The position numbers and the translations under genes are program-made. Positions 12,543 to 24,039 of a stretch of 64,000 nt of DNA are shown in pieces. The notes under the pieces are model-generated. The model did not search any database. It saw only the letters and a program-made list of their open reading frames with translations, and was not told where the DNA came from. This stretch comes from Octopus sinensis. Lineage: Eukaryota. Each line of letters opens with the position of its first letter. Positions within the stretch are counted from its first letter, which is position 1. Where the stretch lies: positions 116,188,001 through 116,252,000 of the forward strand of contig NC_043000.1 in NCBI RefSeq assembly GCF_006345805.1, given 5' to 3'.

Positions 12543-12710
12543 TGTATATAAGAATTTTCTGCGTAATAAGATAAAAAAACCAAGGGTGTATAGCATTAGA
12601 GCATTTATAGATAGAAGGTCTTACAGCTGTAAGACCTTCTATCTATAAATGCTCTAATATCTACACACCCTTGGTTTTTTATCTTTTTACTCAAAAAATT
12701 CTTATATATA
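12543..12710. repeat. Fold-back inverted repeat, arms of about 85 bp, no spacer
   Basis: Centre ...gaaggtcttacag|ctgtaagaccttc... at 12626/12627; inner 30 bp perfect, outer part with a few mismatches. Confidence 0.92.
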
Positions 12711-12921
12711 TATGTGTGTGTGTGTGTGTGAATGTGTATATTTCTGCGCACGCATATTTTTGTCTCCAGCGCCAAAACGGACAACTGGCAACAACAGCGA
12801 CGGAATGTTCAGTCAGCGGCGCCAGATCATTAGCGTCGGAACAACCGCATCCGATCGTCTCATGTCATGGAAATTTGCTCAACACCGTTTTCACCTTCTT
12901 GGAAATAAACATCTTTCATGA

Positions 12922-13330
12922 TACTCTGTTTCTCCTTACTCTTTTACTTGTTTCAGTCATTTGACAGCGGTCATGCTGGAGCACCGCCTTTAATCGAGCA
13001 AATCGACCCCGGGACTTATTCTTTTGTAAGCCCAGTACTTATTCTATCGATCTCTTTTGCCGAACCGCTAAGTTACGGGGACATAAACACACCAGCATCG
13101 GTTGTAAAGCAATGATATTGGGACAAACACAGACACACAAACACACACACACACACATATGTATATACATATATACGACGGGCTTCTTTCAGTTTCCGTC
13201 TACCAAATCCACTCACAAGGCTTTGGTCGGCCCGAGGCTATAGTAGAAGACACTCGCCCAAGGTGCCACGCAGTGGGACTGAACCCGGAACCATGTGGCT
13301 GGTAAACAAGTTACTTACCACACAGCCACT
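12922..13330 (-). mobile_element. SINE family A
   Basis: Full body as at 6281-6700. Confidence 0.92.
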
Positions 13331-13842
13331 TCTTCACCAATTTTGTTTGCTGCCGAAATCTGACTACTTGAATGGTTAATTGAACTGGTTAATGTAATCT
13401 GTGCATTAGCTCGTACATTTTTTCGTTCACCCCCAGTTTGCCGGCTACACGTTTACTAGGTCATTATTACGAAAAGTACTGTTACATATTCCGTAACGAC
13501 TCTCATTGACATATTTACTTTTCTGCTTTAGCAGTTAAGCAATTACATTCTCTGTTTCAGAAGATTTATTGCGTTTTAATTAGCTAATTCCATGTATAAA
13601 TTCTTCTGAAGTGTTTTCAGTCTCTTGATGTTACCTAATTGATGTAGATGTGGAATCCTAACTATTATCAACTTCCCTATCTACATCTGTTTTGTGTCTG
13701 TAAAATTTCTCTCATTACTCTCCATTTCAACCTGTCTCTCTATCTCTCTCTCTATATTATATATATATATTTGTCCGTCTATCTCTTTATCTATCTACTT
13801 TTCTCTCTTCCTATCTATTTATCTATCGGTATATCAGACAGT

Positions 13843-13980
13843 CAGTCTGTCTGTCTGTCTGTCTATCCATCTATGTATCAGTTTCTCTGTATGCTTGCCT
13901 GCCACTCTGTCAGTGTGTGTGTGTCACACTTGTCTGTCTGTCTGCCTGTCTGTCTGCCTGTCTGTCTGTCTGTCTGTCTG

Positions 13981-14033
<53 letters not shown>

Positions 14034-14295
14034 GTCTATATATCTACCGCTGTCTGTCTGTCTGTCTGTCTCTATCTATCTATCTACCACTGTCTGTCTG
14101 TCTCTCTGTCTCTCTCTATCTATTTATCTGTCTATCTATCTACCGCTGTCTGTCTGTATGTCACTCTCTCTATCTATCTATCTATCTATCTGTCTATCTA
14201 TCTACCGCTGTCTGTCTGTCACTCTCTCTCTCTCTATCTATCCGTCTATCTATCTACCTCTGTCTGTCTGTCTCTATCTATCTAGCAGTCTGTCT
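13843..14295. repeat. Compound (TCTG)n/(TCTA)n minisatellite
   Basis: Direct reading; source of the SICL/YLS ORFs. Confidence 0.93.
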
Positions 14296-14442
14296 TTCAG
14301 TTACCAATTTATGTTAGTAATATGCTACTATGCGTATATTCACCAATTTCATATCTTTTTTTGTCCATTTTACGCTTAGATATCAATCGATATACGTATG
14401 AATCATTTGGTCAATAATTATGTTTTTCTGGCCCACTTTTTC

Positions 14443-14484
<42 letters not shown>

Positions 14485-14974
14485 CAAATTGTGGATGCCC
14501 AGATCTCTCTTAAATATTTACGTCGGTTGTTGTTATTAAAATGTTCTTTAGGTGTTTTCATAAGGATGCGAAGTTGCTTCTACATTTAGCTTCAAAATCT
14601 ATTGGGCATTTGAGGCATTTTTTGTTATTATTTTATTGGTACAAATTATTATAGAATTTTGTTTCTATGAGACTGACATGAGTTTATCTTTCATTTTACT
14701 CCTTGTCATTTTTGAATGTTTGTCATCAATGTATACATCAATAACTAGAGAAAAATTGAAATTTTATTTTCATTATGCTCGATTGATATATTTTGAGAAT
14801 AAAATCAATACGCCCACACACACACGCACACCTACGTATACAGACACACTCTTACACACTCCCACATAAATACATTAATATCTGTATGTATACATACATA
14901 TATATGTATATATACGTATACTATACATACATACATGAATTCTATACATACACACATACTATACATACATATAT

Positions 14975-15070
<96 letters not shown>

Positions 15071-15071
<1 letters not shown>

Positions 15072-15165
15072 AAAATAAGCAATAAGGACATCCAGACGTA
15101 ATGCAGTACGATCGTTTCATGCGATCGTACTGCATTACCTCTCGATATCCTTGATGCTTATTTTG
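15071..15165. repeat. Fold-back inverted repeat, arms of about 45 bp, 7-nt loop
   Basis: gtaatgcagtacgatcg-tttcatg-cgatcgtactgcattac (17-bp perfect core) plus an imperfect outer arm. The same family occurs unfolded at about 57370-57433. Confidence 0.88.
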
Positions 15166-15602
15166 ATTGTGATCACCCCATTTTGAATTATATGGATAAT
15201 ACTATACCAAATTCTGGTACCTTTAACTTAAGTACCATATTCAACTGAATTTAAATTTTTACTCAACATTTTTACTCATATATATATATATGTACCGGAG
15301 TAAGCACATAAATGCAAAACAAGGTGCAAAAAAATGTAGTCGAATACCAGAGGTAGAGTAATATGCTGAATTAAAATCAGCAGAAATATCACAAAAACTG
15401 TTACTCAGAGTTTTACGTTCCCGTTCGTCGTAAAACATTTTGTAAACGGTTTTGTAATATTTATACGGCTTTTCAATAAAGTATATTTATATAATCGTTA
15501 AATCCTTCTTCTTTCTTTCTTTCCTGAGCGTCCAATAATACTACACTTGTTCCACGCCCTCGCATTGTTGTGTTTTCTCCTTGTGTTTTCATGTTTGGAT
15601 TA

Positions 15603-15660
<58 letters not shown>

Positions 15661-15700
15661 TTTATTTATATACATATATATTTGTATAATATATGTAACA

Positions 15701-15798
<98 letters not shown>

Positions 15799-16408
15799 TA
15801 TATATATTACTCATTCACATATGTATATCGACAGATATGTGTATATATGTATAGATGCTTGTGTATATATGTGCATGTGTTTATATGTGTATTTAAAGTC
15901 AAAGTGAAATGAGTGTTTTAGGAATTTTGTGTGGTAGGTGTAGAGATTATGATACGACATTCCTTCATCATGATCACCAGAACATTCCTGGAGATGCTGG
16001 ATTTCAATAGAATAACAAAACTGACAAGTTAAGCTTCTTTTCGTAAACAATATAAGTAAAGATCATTTGGTTAAATATTGTTTCAGGTTGGGTGTCAGTG
16101 TGAAGGAATGGAGTTGTGTGGCGGTAGTGTGTCGTACACAGGCGTCGTAATAATGTGTTTTCGTGCATGAAGGTGTTAGTGGATGTACAGTATAGAGAGT
16201 TAAAGCTCATTGCTTACTGGAAGAAGGTGTACGACCCGAGATCTGAAGGTCGTGAGCTCAATTCCTTGCAATGTATTCTGCCCTTCGGCAACATGCTGTA
16301 TACACGTAGATATGTGTATATGACTATATATTTATATATACATACATATGTACATACATAGATACATATATACATACATATATACATATATAATGCATAT
16401 ATACGTAC

Positions 16409-16439
<31 letters not shown>

Positions 16440-16448
16440 CATATATAC

Positions 16449-16495
<47 letters not shown>

Positions 16496-16526
16496 AGAAA
16501 ACATCAATTTCATGGAACGAATATGA

Positions 16527-16757
16527 AGGCGGCGAGCTGGCAGAAACGTTAGCACGCCAGGCGAAAATCGTAGCATTATTTCGTCTGCCGCTACGTTCTG
16601 AGTTCAAATTCCGCCGAGGTCGACTTTGCCTTTCATCCTTTCGGGATCGATTAAATAAGTACCAGTTACGCACTGTGGTCGATATAATCGACTTAATCCG
16701 TTTATCTCTCTTTGTTTGTCCTCTCTGTGTTTAGCCCCTTGTGGGTAGTAAAGAAAT
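16527..16757 (+). mobile_element. SINE family B
   Basis: Full unit flanked by the direct repeat tggaacgaata (TSD). Confidence 0.92.
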
Positions 16758-17477
16758 TGGAACGAATAGAAATCGAAATTGAACAACAATGTCATTTCAG
16801 TGTTCTCTTTTTTTTTTCTTATGTTCCAAGCAGCTAAAGTTACAGCATAATATAACGAAAATTTCATCTAAAAAATAAAACATATTAATTCTAAAATTAT
16901 TTATATTTGTAAAATATTAACTTCATGATTTATATAGGAGAAATTAATACCTTATGGTTTATTAAATATACGACACACATACATACATACACGTAATAAT
17001 ATCTCTATATATACACACACATACTAATCGATGGATATATCCATACATGTTCATACACATATATATCTACCTGTACATTTGTTCCTACTTTGTTATGCAT
17101 ATATGTATGTACCATAATATGGACTTGCCACTCTAGGACAAATATCTGCTCAATATACTTGTGACCAAGGGTATCTCGAAATCACAGGATTATTGAGCAA
17201 ATTATTATATAATAAATCAAATCACCAGAATTATATAATCGTGTTTACTAGCTGACACTTGTTTCAGCAGCGGGAACCAGGCACGGATATTCAATAATGA
17301 GTGCCTTGTAAATACGTACATTCATACATACATATGTATCTATTTCGCTTATGCATTGCGAATGCAATAATTTCGTGTAGAAGTCAATATACGTGCTGCA
17401 GAAATTAGTCGTGTTCAGAGTGGTAATAAGAAAATGAGATGTCATAGGAATAAACGATTATCTTATGAATTACGTTT

Positions 17478-17773
<296 letters not shown>

Positions 17774-18719
17774 GCCAACCCTTCTTTCTGCATATTAGGG
17801 GTAGCTTATCCTGTTCAGGCTATATTATTGGCATTATCCTGCGTTTGAGAATCTAAAATCACTTCTTTAACTTTCTAAGACATCTCAACGCTTCTAAAGC
17901 AAACTTCGCTTGTTTGTTTACGTTCATCGTAATTTGAAATTAATATATATATATATATATAGGAAAAGGCATTACTAATTCTTTCTACTCTAGGCACAGG
18001 GACTGACATTTGGGGAACGGGAATATTCGATTATATCGACCCCAGCATTCAACTGGTACTGATTCTATCGCCCCCGAATTTGATCTCAAAACGTAAGGGC
18101 AGAAGAAATGCCACTAAGAATGTCGCGATTCCGAGGGAAATGAAAGCTAAGGGCTCCTATCATAAATAGAATAAAATTAATTTTAAAATATGTATAGAAG
18201 TGTGTATAAAATGTGTTTACATTTTATACACATCTTTAAAAATATGTATTAAATATATTCTTATTGTTAACTCTAAATACTCTTTATCTAAATATCAATA
18301 AACCAATCTCTATACACCTGTTAAAATTACTTTTGTTCTATTTGCGGGTGAAAGTGGGGGTGGGGTGAAACTTTGTTTTTTATTTCTTCACCATCCAACA
18401 CGCACACGCGATCGGCTTCTCATTGGTTATGTTTTTTTCTCAATATATGCACAAATGTAATTCTTTTCTCAAATAAATTACACTTCACATGTGAGAGCTC
18501 CGATGTCACCATAAGGTATTATTCAACGATAAATCCATGCATCTTGTGGCAGAAACAGTCGTAACCGAATGAAGTTCATAAGATAGTCGTGTGTACATTT
18601 GTCATCTCATTTCCATGTACATACGTGCATACATACATGCATACATACGTACATACATTACATACATACATTCATGCATACATACATACATACATTCATA
18701 CATACATGAAAATGAGGAT

Positions 18720-19373
18720 ATTATTTACATTATTTACATTTGACGGATATTTGTCCTCATCTTGTTTGTTGTTAACACAACGTTTCGGCTGATATACCCT
18801 CCAGCCTTCATCGGGTGTTTTGGGGAAATTTTGAACCTGAGTACTCATTCTTAAGATATTTTTCGATGTTGTTGGTGTTGTTGTTGTTGTTCTTCTTCTC
18901 CTTCTTCTTCTTCCTCTTTTCTTCTCTTCTCTTTCTCTTCTTCTTCTTCTCTTCTTCTTCTTCTTCTTCTTCTTCTTCTTCTTTTTCTTCTTCTTCTTCT
19001 TCTTCTTCTTCTTCTTCTTCTTCTTCTTCTTCTTCTCATTATTTTTATTGTTCAGGTCACTGCCTGGAATCGAAAACGGGCATATAGCGTAGTGGTTAAG
19101 AGCGCGGGCTACTAACACCAAGATTCCGAGTTCGATTCCAGGCTTGACCTTAATAATAATAATAATAATAATAGCAACAACAACATCGGAAAATACCTTA
19201 GAAATGAGAACCTAGGTTCGAAATTTCCCCAAGACACCCGATGGAGGCTGGAGGGTATATCAACCAAAACTTTGTGTTAACAACAAAGAAGATGCGGACA
19301 AATATCCGTCAAATGTAAATAATACAAATAATGTAAATAATGTACATAATTCCTCATCTCTTAAATACAGAAC
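18720..19373. mobile_element. tRNA-headed element with Penelope-type hammerhead tail: inverted truncated copy (18720-19075, -) head-to-head with full copy (19081-19373, +)
   Basis: 13-bp TSD tgaaaatgaggat at 18707-18719 and 19374-19386. HHR motif aacac-CCGATGA-a-ggctg...cagcc-GAAACGTT-gtgtt on the - arm. Confidence 0.8.
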
Positions 19374-20789
19374 TGAAAATGAGGATGTTACTAACCTTTT
19401 TAGGGAAGAGGGTTTTTTTCTAGTGTGTGAGCGCTTTCGTTAAACCTGTATGTATTTATATATGTATATATGTATGTATGTGTGTGTGTGCGTGAGTACG
19501 TGTGTGTGTGTGCAAAACAGAATAAACCAATTATGTTTGGGCTGATAGTAAACACATCATTATCATCATCATCATTACCACCACCATTACCATGACCAAC
19601 ATCGTCATCAAGAGAGCTACGAAAGAGAAAAAAATGTGAAATAAATGATTTGTAAACGCTTTTATCACCAGAACCAACTCCATTACCAATAATAATAATA
19701 AAACATAGCGAATGACAACAAAAGTATAGATTTCTGAACTGCCCTCATCATTTGTTAACATATTCCAGTCTCGTGTTTATTCCGTGGGAGGAAGAAAAAA
19801 AAAAATGTTATGCAAGGCAAAGATAGTTTCTTTTCAAAAATCTAAATTCTTTCCTTGTTAGGTTTTAGAAGACATGAAAACAAAGGAAGGAAGCAAAAAT
19901 GGTATTCATACTTTGATCAATTGGAGTGAAGCAAAATCGATTATTTATTTATGTTGGCATCACAGAATAACAAAATTACGTGTTGTGTGACTGTTGCTTT
20001 AGACATTTTTCTTTCAAAACCATCCACGATTCCATATTTGCTATGTCAGTCATTATGCTAGACATCAATGTTATACAATAGATTACAATAATATTGAATC
20101 GTGTTAAGAGAGAATCTGTAGAGGGCGTTATGTGGTCGTAGGTGGTGTCTGTGTGAGATATAAAGTGGGTGAAATACATATCGAGGCGCAGACATGGATG
20201 TGTATTAAAAAGCTCGCTTTGTAAACATCAGATTTCAAGTTCAGTCCCAGAAGGTGTCACCTTGAGTAAGTGTCTTCTACTAAAGCCCCAGATTGACCAA
20301 TGATTTGTGAGTGAATTTGGTTGACGGAAACTAAAGAAGCTAAGTTTACGTGTACAGTCACTCTTTACCCCGCGGAATTGATCCACCGTGATGACATCTG
20401 AGTCTAAGAACGAATCCTTGGAGCGCGCGTGTGTACCGTTGGCGATTTTTTTCCTCCGTCTTCCCTTCTTTGGATCTTTCCTTTTCCTATGTTTCTGGTG
20501 AAGCGCTCCGCTCGAAACGTTTAACCCTTCTCCTTTCCTTCCTTCCTGAGCTTCCAACAATACTATATTTGTTCCACGTCCTCGCGTTGTTGTTTTCTCT
20601 TTGTGTTTTCATGTTTGGATTAACTATATATATATATATCTCAAACTTTAAAATAAATCGATTTGATTGACCAAACCGTTCATGGTCACGCCTCAGTAAA
20701 ATGATTGAAACCCATTAGAGATAAATGAGAAAAAATGTCAGCGTATATGACAATATTGTGAAGATGAGGTTTTGTAAGGTTGAATGCTC

Positions 20790-21060
20790 GTTGTGTTGCT
20801 ATGTGGGTTGAAAGTCATTACATTGTGCATACAGACATATGGGATGTCTGTATTTATAAGCGTTTAAGTATGGTCGAAAACTGTATTTTTCTGTGTATGG
20901 AAATAGCATCTCATCTGCCATATCCTGCTGATATATATTCAAGGTGTGCTAAAAAGTTCTTAGCATTTGAGGGTATAGCTGAAGGCATAGAATTCCCAGT
21001 TCTTTTACAAGGCTTAGAACAACTGAAGGACCGTTGTCATACATATGGGAATCTGAGGTG
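20790..21060 (-). mobile_element. Possible piggyBac-like transposase relic
   Basis: Minus frame SHMYDNG...LYPQMLRTF*HTLNIYQQDMADEMLFPYTEKYSFRPYLNAYKYRHPICLYAQCND resembles the piggyBac HFxDN...DExxxPFxGRxSFRQYI...IKLYVLC region (recalled motif, not aligned). Confidence 0.35.
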
Positions 21061-21206
21061 GGGGGGAATGTTGAATAAAACCATAATTAACTCATCTTCC
21101 TCTACTTGTTTTTAGCCAAAGCCAGGAACTTTCAGTATCCGCTCGTACTGCTGAATACTGGTACATTTTGGTTAACTTTTGGTTTGTATATTATAACTTA
21201 TACAAA

Positions 21207-21620
21207 GGCGGCGTGCTGGCAGAAACGTTAGCATACCGGGCTAAATTCTTAGCGGCATTTCGTCTGCAGTTACATTCTGAGTTCAAATTCCGCCGAGGTC
21301 GACTTTGCCTTTCATCATTTCGGGGTCGATAAATTAAGTACCAGTTACGCACTGGGGTCGATATAATCGACTTAATCCGTTTGTCTGTCCTTGTTTGTCC
21401 CCTCCGTGTGTAGCCCATTGTGAGTAGTAAAGAAATAAGAAACATTAGCTAGCCGGGCTAAATTCTTAGTGCTATTTCATTTGTCTTTACGTTCTGAGTT
21501 CAAATTCTGTCGAGGTCGACTTTATCTTTCGTCCTGTCGTGGTCGATAAATTAAGTACCACTTGCGTACTGGGGTCGATATAATCGACTGGCCCTCTCCC
21601 CCAAAATTTCGGGCCTAAGA
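21207..21620 (+). mobile_element. SINE family B dimer with two different tails
   Basis: Flanked by attataact(t/c)atac direct repeat. Confidence 0.85.
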
Positions 21621-23797
21621 TTATAACTCATACGTGCGTGTTTTGCTTGTATGTAGTTCGCTTATGTCCGTGTTGTTCAGTACCACTGCATGGCACCATG
21701 GGCGAGTGTCTTCTACTGTAGAATAAGCGTAATACTTATTCCGATAGAATAAGTATTACGCTTAGAAAGAATAAGTTCTGAGGTCGATTCGTTCAACTAA
21801 AGGCGGTGCTCCAGCATGACCGTACAGATGACTGGAGCAATTAAACGAATAAAGGAATAAAAGAAAATACATATATACCCTATTAGGCTATTACAAGAAG
21901 ATTGTTGACTGTGACTTCGAAGTTTCCGTCAGATAGGCTTTATTGAACTGACAGGTGGATGCTTTGAAGTCATTTTGACCCGTTTTCTTGTAAAAGTATT
22001 AAGAGTGATTATAACCCGACATAAAAAGAAGCATTAAGGTGACAAAGATCCTGTTATCCCATTCGAATATGTCTGAAGCATACGAGAACTGGTAAAACAA
22101 TTTATATTTGTACACAGCACAGCTAAGTGTTCCAAATCGTAATATTTTACGGCCGAGCCGCCGATTCGTACAACGAGTCAAAATGCGCTGACTGGCATGT
22201 TCATCTCCAGTCCCGAGCTAATCGACTTTTTCATTTTCAACATGAAACGGAAAATAAGGCTGGAGAAGAAATGCCTGTCGGAAAGTGTGTTTCGTAAAAG
22301 ATGGAAGTATATAACAAGTATGTTGCGAGTGAAAGAACCTGTATAAACGAGAATATAAAAAGGAGAAAGAAAAGTCTTCAGTGTGAGTATGTGGTTTGTA
22401 GGTTCGACCGTCTACTCCGCTTCATTTTTTGTAAATCACTCATTCGCATTTAATTGTATATATTTTAATTGTTTGTTTATTCATACGTTTCGTCTCAATC
22501 GATACCCTAACCCCAATGTTTGTTTTGTCTGTCCTCGTATCGTCCCCTCTTTTTTTCTCAACCTCATGGTTAATAAAAGAAATTGACTGGAATATAAGAA
22601 AAACCAATCTCTTTGTCAGCTTGTAGTGCCTTCCCTTCCCAATGTCTGATGCTGAATTAAGAGGAGATAACTTCTAAACGCTTGGATAGAGGATAGAGGG
22701 AGCTATGAACTGACTCGCTGTGTTTCGCACCTCTTTGTCTACTGCGAGAATTTTTTTCCTTGACAAAAATACAGTGAATGGCTTTTTTATGGGTTCGAAT
22801 GTGCCTCATGCATAGCTTTATTTAACAAGATCTTTGTTTGTTTTTTATTAATACATTATCTTTTCTCTCTTTGCTGAGAGAGTGCTTTTCTACCTGTTGC
22901 GGCACCGCATTATCACGATATATATGTGCTTGTGTGTGTGTTTGTGTGTACACATGCATTTTCCCAAGCAGTATGGTTATTTCCAGTATTCGTATGACCT
23001 TGTAAAGGAACCCTTTGTGAAATATAGCGTACGAATAGAAAACTTTTGACTATATACATGGAAAACACTTAAGCGTTTTACAAGGCATATGTATTTCAGA
23101 GTAATGTTTCTTCATGGTATGTATACAAATAGTATTAACTAGGTGTTCCATTAGCCATTATGCTATAGATTGTCATTCTTCGTCCAGCATTCAACGTGTG
23201 ACTATACAGTTGTATGTATATTATATACACAAATTTTAAAGAAATTAGCTTGAAATTTGAAGTAGATATTCCTTCGAATGGAAAGCATTTAGCAAACGTT
23301 TAAGCGTCCATTATCGGTGCAAACAGCTCAGCTGTACCACATGTGTGATGATTGCATGTGTTGTGTCGACTTGTATGGTAATGTGCGGCTATATATATAT
23401 ATATATATATGTTATATATGTATATATATTATATATGCATGTATATATACATATGTATGTATGTATGTGCGTGTGTGGATGTATACAGAAATGCACATGA
23501 AAATAGTTGTTCTATTGTCGTAAGAGATATTGAAATAAAGAAATCAATAGTGAGTGCGAAGGAAATGAATTTTGAAGTGTTCCATTTTCAGGTAATATAC
23601 ACGCCGCTCTAAAGAATTTGATGTCATTTGAGAATATTTGTAAATGGTAAAAGTTATTACAGGAAAACGAAATTAAAACAGCTTCATGTTGAAAAAAATC
23701 AAATCTATTCATTAAAATTTGAATGAGAAATTCAAAGGTATGTGAATTTCATGAACGATCTCTCAGGATATCACTAGTTTTCAGTATGAGTACCTAT

Positions 23798-24026
23798 TTC
23801 TTTACCACTCACGAGGGGCTAAACACAGAGAGGACAAACAAGGATAGACACAGGGATTAAGTGGATTGCATCGATCCCAGTGCGTAACTGGTACTTAATT
23901 CATCGACCCCGAAAGGATGAAAGGCAAAGTCGACTCGGCGCAATTTGAACTCAGAACGTAACAGCAGACGAAATACCGCTAAGCATTTCGCCCGGCGTGC
24001 TAACGACTCTGCCAGATCGCCGCCTC
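23798..24026 (-). mobile_element. SINE family B
   Basis: TSD gtatgagtacc on both sides. Confidence 0.92.
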
Positions 24027-24039
24027 TGTATGAGTACCG

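Larger units (their letters stand above)
9145..13462 (+). pseudogene. Tentative multi-exon relic (candidate exons ...-9326, 9655-9690, 11937-12071, 12194-12254, 13436-...)
   Basis: AG/GT boundaries with compatible phases (2, 2-2, 2-2, 2-0, 0). Spliced frame ...YDYERWEKRFQYLEKFTNVPNFSNVFHHGTMG-RKLLEGIEEFGK-RLNYFGFMKEILYYSDYLKQEQLNGLLGNIDI*NKPMKILWTGNG-QWTSCTELI*TRSIFYYNVK-FAGYTFT. Two stops and no recognised homolog; may be chance. Confidence 0.2.

Noticed and set aside
13648-14379. 243-aa and 207-aa ORFs
   Set aside because: TCTA/TCTG repeats lack stops; no domain content. The same applies to the many YIYI/VCVC/HTHT ORFs.
22140-22400. CpG-richer stretch ending in gtgagt as a promoter or first exon
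   Set aside because: No convincing reading frame or promoter motif; a single donor-like hexamer is common by chance.
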